Source: Rhizaria sp. SCN 62-66 (taxonomy: Eukaryota). Taken from it: a stretch of 64,000 nt of DNA. Position 1 is the stretch's first letter. Each line of letters opens with the position of its first letter. The stretch is from the NCBI GenBank assembly GCA_001724265.1, contig MEDY01000134.1:1-64000 (forward strand). Reading direction: 5' to 3'. Of this stretch, positions 21,194-32,438 are shown one piece after another. The notes under the pieces were generated by a model, which worked only from the letters and a program-made list of their open reading frames with translations, did not search any database and was not told the DNA's origin. The position numbers and the translations under genes were made by a program.

Positions 21194-23067
21194 TCAATTA
21201 TCTCCCCACTCAATGTCGACCACCTCGTGAGCCTGCGCCTGCGCCTGCGCCTGTGCCTCTGCCGCCGCCGCCGCAGCAGCAGCAGCAGCAGCTGCAGCAG
21301 CAGCCTTCGCCTCAGCCTCAGCCTGAGCCGTAGCCTGAGCCCCAGCCCCAGCCCCTGCACTTGCACTGGCAGCGTTGGCGCCAGCGCCGGTGTTGGTCTG
21401 GGTCCGGCGAGCCCGTGCGTACAGCCCACCGGCGCCCCTGCTTGTTACAGTCACATTCGCAGCATGAGGCGCACTCGCACTGCTGCTGTTGCTGCTGCTG
21501 TTGCTGTTGCTGCTTGGTTGCGACGCGTGATATCCGCTGGCGGCAGCGTATGCCTCCTCCTCCTCCTCCTCACCCAAGCCAAAGTGGTCGTCCTGACGGT
21601 CAAAGTCGCGGTCAAACGTGCCCACACCCGCCGCCATCGCAGCCTCAGCCTCAGCTTCAACTTCGCGGCGCTCGCGCTCGACCCGCGCCCGCTCTTCCTG
21701 GGAGCGGGCGCCCAGCGCCTGCTGACGACGCTGCTGCGCCTCTTGACGCTTGCGCTCGATGGCGGCCTTCATGTCGTCTCTCAGCGCGATCGCACTGCTC
21801 GCTGCAGCACTCACACTCGCTCTCGCACTGCTACTGCTGTTGTTGTTGTTGTTGTTGTTGTTGTTGTCGTTGTTGCTGCTCCCGAGAACGATGTTCTTCT
21901 GTGCAAGGTGCTCGTTGTACTCCCGCAGCAGCCTGATGCGGTCGCGCTCGTCCAGCGAGTTCATGCGACGCTTAAGTGACCGCTGCTGGTTTTCGCGCCA
22001 CTGCATCAGCTGCGAGGAGCCCTCGCGCTGCGCCAGCAGGTCAGAGCACCGGCGCATCTGTCGTTACCGCAACAACAACGGAAAGCAGCAATAAAAAGCA
22101 GAAAAAGAGCAAAACAAGATAAAAGAATAAAAAAAGAGCGATATGAGCAGAGAGCAAACAGTAGAAAAAGGAAAACAACAGCAAGATGAAAACGAATCTG
22201 AGCTGAGTTATGTGAGAATGCAATCGCTTTGCGAGACTTTGATGTGAGAGCGACGTACGAGGCGGCGGAAGTGCATATTGGGGTGTAACCGCGCGGCCCA
22301 ATTGCGGTATCCATTGACAATCACGCGTGTATCCGCACTCAGATGAGCCTTGTCGCGGCTTAACTTCCAGTGCGGAGCGTCTTCCTTCAGCACGATGATG
22401 CCGAGGGGGCCAAGCAGACGCTCGGCGTCGAGCGTGAGGCGTGACTTGCGCACGATGGACTCTTGTGCGGCCTGCTGGTCGCGCATGGCGGCCAACTCGG
22501 TGTCGTCAATCTCCCACAAAGACTGACACACGGAAAGTAAATCAAGACGTATAAAGCACAAACGATCATGTTGTCAGTCGCTAAACATAAATTAAAACTG
22601 TGTAAATCAATATTTAAATGAATATACTATGAATCCATCGATAGAAATCGTCATACTGAGGATATATATGAGAAAATGTGTTTACATACCTGGCGGCCAG
22701 GAAGGTGCACAAGCTTGATCGGATGGCCATCCTTAATGCCGTCAACGAAGCGGAACTCATCGCAATCGGTCACGAAATCATCCGGGCAGTCCTCGATATC
22801 GTACTTAAGCTGGTAGCGGAGCCGCCGCGCCATGGGGTTATTGCGTCCCTTGCCCTCACGCGTGACGCGGACGACGACAGCGCGGTGCTTCTGCTTGTTC
22901 TCCATGATCGCGCGTTCCACGGAAACGACGGGGAGAACTTCCTCATAAGTGCCGTCGTCGCCAATAATCGCACTCGCACGCTTGCGTTTAGAGTCGGCGG
23001 TGATGGGGACGCGCTCCAACGCGTAGTCGTCGTCATCGTCGTCGAAGTCGCCGTACCGATCGCCCAT
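21194..23067 (-). CDS. TIPIN: TIPIN/Swi3/Csm3 replication-fork protection protein; exons 23067-22690, 22522-22259, 22057-21194
   Basis: Exon 2 encodes RLTLDAERLLGPLGIIVL...IVNGYRNWAARLHPNMHF, the Swi3 domain pattern. Two phase-0 introns; low-complexity C-terminus. Confidence 0.78.
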
Positions 23068-23431
23068 CTCGACTGGGGGGGGGGAGAAACAGCGGAATAG
23101 AGAGCCAGGTGAGCAATCGATGCAATATTATTAAACATAATAGCAGAATTAGTGAATTTAAAACGTTGGCAACATGTATCATTTGCATTGACGGAGTCCC
23201 CACGGCTTAGCAGGTTTGATTGGTAAGACGCTCGATCTGGCGCGAACTTCGAGCGTTGGCGCAGAGGCGAGAAGCAAGCCTGTGAAAAGCACTTTACGGA
23301 GTCAAACCAATACAGAACAGAGTCAAAGCACAGCAAATAGCATATGATAGAAAATGGCAGATTGTTTTGTATTATAATCTGTGGGTTAAATTTCCGCGAC
23401 TGCGCGTTTGTGCTATGCTAACAGGTACTAT

Positions 23432-24176
23432 TTAGTTGGGGCCGAGGGTCTCGGCGGCCGAAGCAAGGATCTTGACGGCATCAGTGTACTCAGGAGAGCT
23501 CTTGGCCTCCTCGGGAGCGGCAGAAATAATCGTCTGCAGGTCGCTCTTGGCGCCAGCAGAGCGTGTGACACAGTCCTAAACCAGAAAGCAAGGTTAAACA
23601 AGAGTTTGTGTGACGAGAGCTTTGGTTAGTGAAGGTTACTAAACACTAGAATTCGGTGGTGATATGTTAATCAAATCAAATTAAAGTGCGATAAAATGCA
23701 TAAAACAACTCCTTTGTGAATATGCCTACGATTTAAGTCAGGTGTTCAAGATATAATGCGCATATATTGATCATTTGTGCGGGAAATACCTGAAGCGCGA
23801 GGGTCGTCTCCTCCATCTGGTTGTTAATAAGCTTGACCTTGGAGTTACGGTCGCCCTCATCAGCAATCTCCAGAGCCTTGGCTATGCTCTTCTCCATCGA
23901 CTCGAGCTCCTTGGCGTAGGACTTGATGTCGCCAAGCAGGCTAAATGCACGACAAAGAGCGTTTGTGGTGCGGTGAGGGAAACAGTGAAAAGGTGATTGC
24001 AAGGTGAGACTAGACAAGAAAGATTGACAGCTGGGGAGTCCAAAACAAAATATAGAATAGTCCATCGTGTACAGTGTCCTAAAAACGTGGTTAAGAAAAG
24101 GGTTAAGGCTGACGTACCGCTTGAAGCGCCCGCTCTGGATCTTGAGATCCTTCTTGGCCTTGTCGAGAGAGGACAT
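23432..24176 (-). CDS. TBCA: Tubulin-folding cofactor A (117 aa); exons 24176-24118, 23940-23790, 23575-23432
   Basis: The spliced product MSSLDKAKKDLKIQSGRFKRLLGDIKSYAKE...QMEETTLALQDCVTRSAGAKSDLQ matches the TBCA pattern (LKIKTG-VKRL...ES-MMIPDC-RRL). Confidence 0.8.
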
Positions 24177-24752
24177 GAAGCTGACTTGGCACGAGCACAA
24201 CACAGGGAAGATAACATCAGAATGATGAGTAAAAAGAATGACAAAGAGACTACATCGCAGAATTTCACATGCGCTTCCTAAAAATCACTTTGACGATGAA
24301 AAAAGTGAGATATCAATGCAGATTCAAAACCTAGCCGTTTGAACTCGAGACAAGCTCTCTTCTTTGTTTTTGTGGCAAGCTCGGTGACTGTGTGACTGTG
24401 AGTTGGAGCCCCCTTAGACGGCCACCGCGGTTTCGTTTGGCCGAGCGGCCGAGCAGCGAGCCAAGCCCGCGCAGATCGATCGCAGAGCACGACAGCGAGC
24501 GCGTTGGAGATGATAATTATGTCCATGAGCTGTGTTGTGGGTGACTCTTTTTGTACAAATTAGGAGACGCGCGCTTGACGGATCTATGGTGGTCCAATTG
24601 CGCGTTTTCTTCATGCCGAAAACGCCCGACCCTTCGGCAAGAATCCCGATCTCTCCCTAATGCGTCTTTTGCTTCTCGCCGACGACTTCCTTTGCTCATT
24701 TGTCACTTTGCCTGCGTTTTCTGCATTGTTCTCCTTTTAGTTTCGAGACTCA

Positions 24753-25247
24753 ATGGCTGAGGTTCCCCACTACGGCGTCGCTGGCACCAAGGACGAGCGC
24801 ACCTTCATCGCGATCAAGCCCGACGGCGTCCAGCGCTCCCTCACCGGCACCATCATCTCCCGCTTCGAGCAGAAGGGCTACCAGCTCATGGGCCTCAAGC
24901 TCCTCGTTCCCTCCAAGGAGCAGGCTAAGGAGCACTACATCGACCTCGCGTCCAAGCCCTTCTACGGCTCGCTCGTCGACTACTTCTCCTCCGGCCCCAT
25001 CGTCGCCATGTGCTGGGCCGGCCTCGGCGTGATCAAGGGCGGCCGCACCCTCCTCGGCGCCACCAACCCCGCCGACTCGCTCCCCGGCACCATCCGCGGC
25101 GACTTCGCCGTCGAGGTCGGCCGCAACATCTGCCACGGCTCCGACTCCGCCGAGGCCGCGCAGCGCGAGCTCTCCTTCTGGTTCAAGGCCGACGAGGTTG
25201 CCTCCTGGAACTCCGTCGTCAAGGGCCAGATCTACGAGAAGCCCTAA
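24753..25247 (+). CDS. NDK: Nucleoside diphosphate kinase (group I)
   Basis: [22 protein letters not shown] and the active-site motif [10 protein letters not shown]; strong C-ending codon bias. Confidence 0.98.
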   Translation: MAEVPHYGVAGTKDERTFIAIKPDGVQRSLTGTIISRFEQKGYQLMGLKLLVPSKEQAKEHYIDLASKPFYGSLVDYFSSGPIVAMCWAGLGVIKGGRTLLGATNPADSLPGTIRGDFAVEVGRNICHGSDSAEAAQRELSFWFKADEVASWNSVVKGQIYEKP

Positions 25248-25644
25248 AGTGACCGACCTTGGCATGCTCTCTTTGCTTTTCTACTCCCCTGCTCGCTCCT
25301 CACTTAACATTGATCATTAACCAATCAATGATGTCAGGAAGAGTTATGGAGAAAGGAGTGTAAAGTATTCGTAGCAAGATATTCGTTAGTTTTATGGTTT
25401 AGCACGCAAGTGCTGACACCATGCTTGGCTATAAGTCTCGAAATACATATCTAATTTATAGATCATCACACTCTCACGCCTCTGCACTCGATTGGATCAT
25501 TTCATGGGGGAATTAAAAAAGACGAGGTAACGAAGTATAGCAACTTGTGTGTTGTATTGACTACTATATAATATAAAATGACGAAAACAAGCGACTTCAC
25601 AGCCGCATACGCATTAAACCACACCGCATTTCGCGCTGAACAAA

Positions 25645-26523
25645 TTAGAGGAGGAGCTGGTCGATCTTGTCGCGGATGGCGCCGATCTGGGACTCGAGCT
25701 GCTTGCCATCGGAAGTGAGGATCGAGCAGGCAACGACGGGGCGCGCGACACCGCACGCGCGGCCGAGGGCGGCACGGGAAGGGACGAAGATGTAGGGCAC
25801 GTTCTTGTCCTCGCAGAGGAGGGGCAGGTGGAGGACGATGGCGAGGGGGTCGGCGTCACCGGCGATGATGATGAGCTCGGTGACACCGCGGGAGAGGGTC
25901 TTGACGGCCTCGTTGGCACCCTTCTTGATCTGCTTGTAGGCAGTAGCCTGCTGGACGAGCTCAAGGATCGAGGTGGTGAGGGAGCCGTCGGCAAGGGGGA
26001 AGATCTTGGAGTCGGAAGAGGCAACGACCTCAGTCTCGGCCTTGTCCTTCTTGTCCTTCTTCTCCTTCTTGTCCTTCTTGTCCTTCTTAGCGGTGAACTC
26101 GATCTGCTCCTCGTCCTCCATGGGCTCGGACTCCTCGAGGGCGCGCTTCTCCTTCTTCTCCTTCTTGTCCTTCTTGTCCTTCTTATCCTTCTTAGTCTCA
26201 GACTGTCAAGCAAGAGCAGTCGAGAAGATAGGGGAAAAAAGGCGCAGTAAGGGAGCAAAAAGAGAAAGGGAAGGGGGGAAACACAAACGCGGGAGTAGAA
26301 AAGCACGAGGCAGTCACGAAAAGTAATTTGCAGACGGCGGGGGAAACAGGAGAGGCAAAAAGAGGCGGGGAGCCGTGAGCGGAGTTGCCTCGTGGGGGTG
26401 GGACGATGCAGCGAGGCGGCAACTTGGCTCGTGTCGAGTCAGCACGCGCCTGCACCACAAATCCTCAAAACATCAATCAACATGAACAAGAGCATAATAT
26501 CGCGGGATCCGGTCACTTACCAT
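25645..26523 (-). CDS. SNU13: Snu13/15.5K (NHP2L1) K-turn binding protein with N-terminal KKD/E extension; exons 26523-26521 (ATG only) and 26202-25645
   Basis: FPLAD...[25 protein letters not shown]...[32 protein letters not shown] is the Snu13 signature. ATG|GTAAGT at 26523-26515 and acceptor TTGACAG at 26203 give an in-frame join. Confidence 0.92.
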
Positions 26524-27134
26524 GGTTGCTATGTGTCGACTTTGACGTTGTGCAAAAGGTTTCCTCTCGATGAGTGCGCCGTCTTCTGTGGTTGGCTGTG
26601 TCCGAGTGACCGTGGGCTTAACTTTCCAGAAAAAGTTCCGAAAAAGTCAACTTAAAAAGTAACTAATTGGCATGTTTCATGTTTATTATGTGATGCAATA
26701 AATGTGTGTATTTTTTATTAGTACATCAACAATAATGGGATGTCGTATGGAAAAGGTACCCTAGCACTACAAGTCGTATATCACTCCGAAATATGTCTCT
26801 GAAGTACCAGAGCTCGTGACACGAAAGCGGTGTTGGGCCACATAAACAGCACAAACAGAGGGCAATATAGAAAAGAAATCAAGAAAATCATCACAGGTAA
26901 GTCGTATCACGTGTAAAAGGGGTGTTCATTCGGATTGCAAAGCCACAGAGAGGCGTATGATTCATTCAAATCTTAACGAGTTTTGTCCAGAATGCAGCAT
27001 TATTCGTAAGGTTGTGCTATCCTCAGCAGCCGCGATGTCAAATCATAGAAGGTCGACACCAAACTCTGCTGACGCTGTTGCCTTACTGCCGTCAGGTCTG
27101 TCTTCTCTTTAAGTTGTTTTGCTTCAAGTGGCGT

Positions 27135-27521
27135 TTAGTTGCGGCGGGAACGACGACGCTTGCTTTGCTCTGCCTTATTATCATCATCGTCGTCGTCATT
27201 CGGGAACATGAGCTGGTCTGGAGGCGGGTACGAGCCCCGGCGCTGGTGCAAGCCGCGACTGCTGCTGCGGTCATTGTTGCTGCCCTTGCTGCCATCCATA
27301 GAGTCCTTAGAGTTGTTATCAGCATCTTGAGCGTAAGTATTGCTCCTCCACTGCTTCTTAGAGGCGGTAGCTTCGCTCTTGTCGCCGTCTGCGTCGTCGA
27401 CATCGCTGTCAGAGTCCTCACGCTGGCCGCGGCGCTCGGTGGTGTGCTTTTTGTTCTTGTTCTTGCTGCTTTTGCTCTCGAAAGCGCTGCGTATGGCGCG
27501 GATCAAGAGGAAAAGCACCAT
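27135..27521 (-). CDS. Hypothetical small protein (about 128 aa): hydrophobic N-terminus then charged low-complexity region
   Basis: GC-richer open frame MVLFLLIRAIRSAFESKSSKNK...DDDDDDNKAEQSKRRRSRRN, preceded by an acceptor-like CCCACAG; no recognisable family. Confidence 0.4.
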   Translation of the reverse strand: MVLFLLIRAIRSAFESKSSKNKNKKHTTERRGQREDSDSDVDDADGDKSEATASKKQWRSNTYAQDADNNSKDSMDGSKGSNNDRSSSRGLHQRRGSYPPPDQLMFPNDDDDDDNKAEQSKRRRSRRN

Positions 27522-28389
27522 CGAGTACGCTGTGGGCAAAGTTGAATAGAACAATACACAGCAAACATCATGAGATACAATCATCACTATCTTTGGTAAA
27601 ATACTTGATAATATTATATATTTTGATTATACTTCTTTTTGTTGACATCTAGGCCTCCTAACACTCGTGCAAAGAGACTGAAGGGATGGAGAGTGCTTTC
27701 AGTTTGAGTGGCCACAGAAAGTGGCGTCAATCACCAACCTCCGCAAAAGCAAATGAGATATAATAAAGTGAAAATACATAAACGCAAGTTTTCATAGCAA
27801 AGCCCAGTCAGAATTCTTGTTTTAACGATTGTTCACGGCTGGCAGGAGTGAAACAAGATGAAGGTCGTGAGTCTTGCAGTGGTCGGATTTTTTACGAACC
27901 CGCCACAGCCCATTTTCTGCTGACTGGCTGGCGACGAGATGGTGACCTTGATCGATCACGATCTGGTTCTCGTTCTGATCATCATCACGCGGTTTGTCAT
28001 TGAACAATGACGAAGAAGTGACAGTGTTTGAATTGGATTTATTATTGCCTGCGCTTGGACTAGCTGTTCTACCCGTCTATATCCTCCTGCCCCACGTCAG
28101 CCGATCTGATCGACAGCCGCTTCATGCCTCGCCTACAAGACGCTCTACAGGGTTGCATAAGCTAGGAACCTCTTTGTAAAGCTGTTTACAGCCCTGCAAA
28201 CCGACGCGTGTGCACGCTTATACCAGTAACTTTTGCTTACTCTATCATGTCCGCTCGGTCAGACCACTCACCAGACACCTCCTTCCTCCCCCGTATTCGC
28301 ACACCCTTCCCCCTTTGCCTCCCTCTCACCCACTGATCCTGAAACGCTTTTTCCCTGACGCCTCGCTTGCTCAGAAAGCGCTTGATAGG

Positions 28390-31300
28390 ATGCAGAAGAA
28401 CTCTGTCATGCGCGAGGCGATGCGCGCGTTCAACTCGCAGCCGCTGAACCCTCCGCAGTGCGTGACGATTCTCACCTCGATCATGTTCCTCATGCACCAG
28501 GGGGAGGAGTTCACCCGGGAGGAGCTGCGCGACCTCTTTTTCGCCTGCACCAAGCTCTTCCAGACGAACCACATGTACCTCCGCCGCATGGTGTACCTCG
28601 TCACGAAGCAAATCGCTCCCTGCATTCCTCCTTCCGAGTCCCTCATCATCATCAACTGCCTCAACAAGGACATGATCTCCACTTCCGACGTATTCCGCGC
28701 CAACGCCACGCGCGTGATGCCCAAAGTCATGGATGGCAGCATGGTTGCCAACATCGAACGCTTCCTCAAGCAGTCCGTCGTGGACCGCAACCCCCTCGTG
28801 GTGACGGCCGCGCTCGTCGCGGGCGCTCAGTTCCTCAAGACCGCGCCCGAGGTGATCAAGCGGTGGACTGCCGAGTTGCAACAAGCGCTTGAGTCGCCGT
28901 ACCCGCTCGTGCAGTTCCACGCGCTTTCGCTCATCTACCGCACCAAGATGGCGGACCGCGTCGGCTTCCTCAAGGTCCTCGCCCAGTGCTCGCAGACGCA
29001 GACCGCGCCCCGCGCCACGCTTCCGCTCATGCTGCAGGTGCGCACGGTCGCGCGGCAGCTCCGCACGGAGGCGACGCCCACGCCCGCGCTGCTCGTATTC
29101 CTGTTCGAGTGCCTCAACTCCTCCGCGCGCGACGCCACGGGCATTGTCACTCTCGAAGCCGCGCGCGGGCTGGCCGCGCTGCACTCCCTGTCCGCGGCCC
29201 AGATGCAGCCCGTTGTCGTCGTTTTGGCCTCCTACCTGGCGTCCAACGTCGCCGCCGCGCGCTTTGCCGCCGTCCGCACGCTCGCCGACGTGGTCACGCG
29301 GTGGCCCGCGCTCGTTGTGCCGTACGCCGCGGCGCTGGAGAAGCTTGTCGCCGACCCCAACCGGTCCGTGGCCACGTACGCAGTCACGACGCTGCTCAAG
29401 GCGGGCGCCGAGGGCACCATTGACCGGCTGCTCAAGTCGCTTGTGACTTTTATCGCGGAGGTTAACGACGACTTCCGCATCGTGCTCATTGACAGTATCC
29501 GCGATTTGGGCGCGAAGTTCCCCCACAAACACGCCGCTTTGCTGCGGTTTCTGCTCGCTGCGCTGCGCGTCGAGTCCGAGTACGCCGACAAGTGCGAGTT
29601 CCTCTACCAGCGCGCCGTCGTAGACTGCATGCTCGGCATCTGCGACGCTGTGACGGAGTCCCGCGAAGTCGCCGTAGACACCTTCGCCGAGGTCATCGAG
29701 GACTGTGAGTTCCCCGAGCTCTCCGTCGCAGTGCTGAACAAACTCGCCGAGGTGGGCCCTCTCACCCAGCGGCCGGCGCGGCTCGTCCGCTTTGTGTTCA
29801 ACCGCGTTTTGCTCGAGAAGGCCGCCGTGCGCGCGGCCGCCGTGACCACGCTCGCCCGCTTCGGCCTCGCACTGCCGGCGCTTGCTGGCTCCATCGCGGA
29901 CCTGCTGGCGCGGTGCTTAACCGACAGCGACGACGAAGTGCGTGACCGTGCGACGATGTACCTCGCTTTGCTCCGCCCTGCGTCCACCGCCGCCCCCGGT
30001 AACACCACTGCTGTGTCCTCGCCCGTCGCTGCTGCTGCTGGGGAGGCGTCGGTTGATGCGTCCGCGGATGAGACCAAGAGCAACGACAACAATGCACCCT
30101 CCGTTTCTAACGCCGCCGCGTCCACTGCGACTGCAACTGTGAGCGCCGGTGCCCGCGATCGTGCGCTGAAGATGCTCGTTGACCCCATTGCAGTGCGCCG
30201 CGCCGCGCCGGCCAAGGCCACTTTCGCCGCCGCCGTCGCCGCCACCCCGAACATCACCTACTCCAGCGCCAGCGCCGATGCGGCTGCAGCTGTGCCGGCA
30301 GCTCTGGTCGCTCCCGGCGAGCCTGCCGCCTGGGGCGGGCCGTCTCTGCCCGCGCTGGCCGACCTGCGTCACTCTCTGCAGACGTACCTCGCCGCCGCGG
30401 GCGCGAGCGACGAGGCCGCGGCCGCCGAGCCTTTCTCGCTCAAGCAGCACTTTGTGCACGCGCCCGTCGGCCCGGCGCCGCTGTCGCCCGCCGCGCGGTC
30501 GCCGCAGGCCGGGTACGAGGCCGCTGTCGCCGCCGCCACGGCCTCCGCCGCCGCGCCGGCCTCCGCCGCCGCCTCCGCCGCCGCCGCGGCCGCTGCAGGG
30601 GATGGCCTCGCCGACACCGACGCCGCGCTCACGGCACTGCTCGCCGCCGCGCGCCCCGTGCTGCCGCTCGACGCATTGGCGCAACAGGAGCCGCTCTGGC
30701 GCGTGGCGGACCCCGTGCCGTTGGCCACCGCGGAACTGGCCGTCGAGGTCACCAAATACGTGTTCAAGCAGCACGTCGTGTGCGCTTTTAAGGTCGTCAA
30801 CAACCTGCCCGACGCGTCCTTAGCGAAGGTCGCGGTCGCGCTCACGGATCCCTCGGGCCGCTGGGTCACCCGCGCCGCCGCCGCCGCGCCCGCGATCGCG
30901 GCCAACGGCGGCGCTGGCATTGCGTATGTGGTGCTCGCGGCCGCCGACCCTCTGGCGCTGCTGCGGCCCGCGGCGCTGTCGGCGCAGCTCAACTTCACCA
31001 TGGTGACTGCAGACGGCGGGGAAGACGCGGATGAGTACCAGCTTGAGCCCGTCGCACTGCGCGCCGTCGACGCCATGCGCAGGCTCACCCCGGCCAACGC
31101 TGTCGGCGTCGCCGCATTCAAGCAGCAGTGGGAGGCCGCTGGGGCGGAGCGCGAGGCCGTGCGCAAGCTCAGCGTCCCCGCCTCATCACTATCGGCCGGC
31201 GTCGCGCTCATCGTGCGCAGGCTCGGCATGATGTCGTGCGACGGCGCGCCCATCGCCGTGCCCGCGGAGGGGCAGTCGCATGTTCTCATGGCGCAAGGGT

Positions 31301-31434
31301 TGACTTTGGGCGGGCACCCGGCCATCGCGCGGCTCGGGTTTATCTTCGACGGGCGGGGCGTGACGTTCAAGTGCGCGATTCGCGCGCCGTCGGTGGAGCT
31401 GGCAGAGGCGCTTGCGCAGGGGCTGTTGCAGTGA
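28390..31434 (+). CDS. COPG: Coatomer subunit gamma (exact start uncertain)
   Basis: AFNSQPLNPPQCVTILTSIMFLMHQGE...LFFACTKLFQ...LRRMVYL; NRSVATYAVTTLLK; IEDCEF; DSDDEVRDRA; appendage KYVFKQHVV and DEYQLE. Confidence 0.95.
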   Translation: MQKNSVMREAMRAFNSQPLNPPQCVTILTSIMFLMHQGEEFTREELRDLFFACTKLFQTNHMYLRRMVYLVTKQIAPCIPPSESLIIINCLNKDMISTSDVFRANATRVMPKVMDGSMVANIERFLKQSVVDRNPLVVTAALVAGAQFLKTAPEVIKRWTAELQQALESPYPLVQFHALSLIYRTKMADRVGFLKVLAQCSQTQTAPRATLPLMLQVRTVARQLRTEATPTPALLVFLFECLNSSARDATGIVTLEAARGLAALHSLSAAQMQPVVVVLASYLASNVAAARFAAVRTLADVVTRWPALVVPYAAALEKLVADPNRSVATYAVTTLLKAGAEGTIDRLLKSLVTFIAEVNDDFRIVLIDSIRDLGAKFPHKHAALLRFLLAALRVESEYADKCEFLYQRAVVDCMLGICDAVTESREVAVDTFAEVIEDCEFPELSVAVLNKLAEVGPLTQRPARLVRFVFNRVLLEKAAVRAAAVTTLARFGLALPALAGSIADLLARCLTDSDDEVRDRATMYLALLRPASTAAPGNTTAVSSPVAAAAGEASVDASADETKSNDNNAPSVSNAAASTATATVSAGARDRALKMLVDPIAVRRAAPAKATFAAAVAATPNITYSSASADAAAAVPAALVAPGEPAAWGGPSLPALADLRHSLQTYLAAAGASDEAAAAEPFSLKQHFVHAPVGPAPLSPAARSPQAGYEAAVAAATASAAAPASAAASAAAAAAAGDGLADTDAALTALLAAARPVLPLDALAQQEPLWRVADPVPLATAELAVEVTKYVFKQHVVCAFKVVNNLPDASLAKVAVALTDPSGRWVTRAAAAAPAIAANGGAGIAYVVLAAADPLALLRPAALSAQLNFTMVTADGGEDADEYQLEPVALRAVDAMRRLTPANAVGVAAFKQQWEAAGAEREAVRKLSVPASSLSAGVALIVRRLGMMSCDGAPIAVPAEGQSHVLMAQGLTLGGHPAIARLGFIFDGRGVTFKCAIRAPSVELAEALAQGLLQ

Positions 31435-32438
31435 ACCTGACCGCGAGCGTGAAACTGCTACTATGCGCAAGTGGCCAACACTCTGAGTATCAGGATGAAG
31501 CGAGTGCATCGGTAGATGGAAACACAAACTAACTGTTGCTGTTTTTGCGAGGGTCACCTCGAATATTGATACGAGAGACTCGTTGCACAATAATACGTCT
31601 CATCCTTTAATGTGTAGTAGAGTGCAGTCCGTACTTATAAGTTAGATACATATGTTCTTGTACTTTGATTGTGTCAAATATTAATACAATAATTAATGTA
31701 CAACTGAATCGAGTCACGTCGTGCACGCATATCTATATATATGGCAGGTACTTTAAGATAGAGCACCCCAACAATTCATGAAATAAAGAACGGGGTGTCC
31801 ATAGCTGAATAAGAAATGTATTGGTTGTTTGGTTTTTGGAAATACGTTTTGGCTTTTTGTTTCATTATGGTTCTCTTGTTAGCTGAACTGGCGTGAGCAT
31901 CAACTGCAGAAACCTCTCCAAGCAAATCTGTGGACAACTCGTGCGAGCATAGTGTGTTGACAAACGCAGCAACACGCACGTGGTGCTCCGACTTGTAGTC
32001 GTGTTCTGCTGTCGGTATTTTTGCTTGATTTCGCAGCAGCATGTGCCATCAAAGACAAAGGTCCGTCACTGTCAATGTGGGTCACCGTGAAATGATGGCA
32101 GTCACACTGTCAGTGCTGTCAATGTTGTCACTCTCAATGCGCCCGGCCATATGGCCCCATATAAGGCGCACTCTCTCATCCGTGCTCTCTTCACCCCACT
32201 AACATAAACACACTTACACCACACACGTACACACACACAGGCACATACGTGCAGCCCGGGTGGCGCAGACTTGCTCTACCAGTCGCCATGCACGCCGTGA
32301 CCGCACTACGGTCTGTGTTCGCTCGCCGGAGTTATTTGCGCCGTGTTTTGATTGTTCTGGTTGAGGTTGAGTTCACTGCTTGTTTCCGGCTAGCTTGGTG
32401 CTTCCTTTGTTTGCTGCTAACTTGCTTGCTTGTTTGCT

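Noticed and set aside
21225-21370. Tandem GCCTGC/GCCTCA/GCA repeats as a satellite or CRISPR-like array
   Set aside because: They encode the AQ/AE/AG low-complexity tail of TIPIN, and there is no repeat-spacer structure anywhere in the window.
26203-26520. Intronic snoRNA or autoregulatory K-turn in the SNU13 intron
   Set aside because: A possible stem exists, but I found no convincing box C (RTGATGA)/box D pair; it needs an Infernal or snoscan run.
27000-27137. Frame stays open about 45 codons beyond the TAA of the 27-kb hypothetical gene (possible TAA readthrough)
   Set aside because: An open stretch of this length is unremarkable by chance, TAA is clearly the main terminator in conserved genes here, and there is no homologue to compare.
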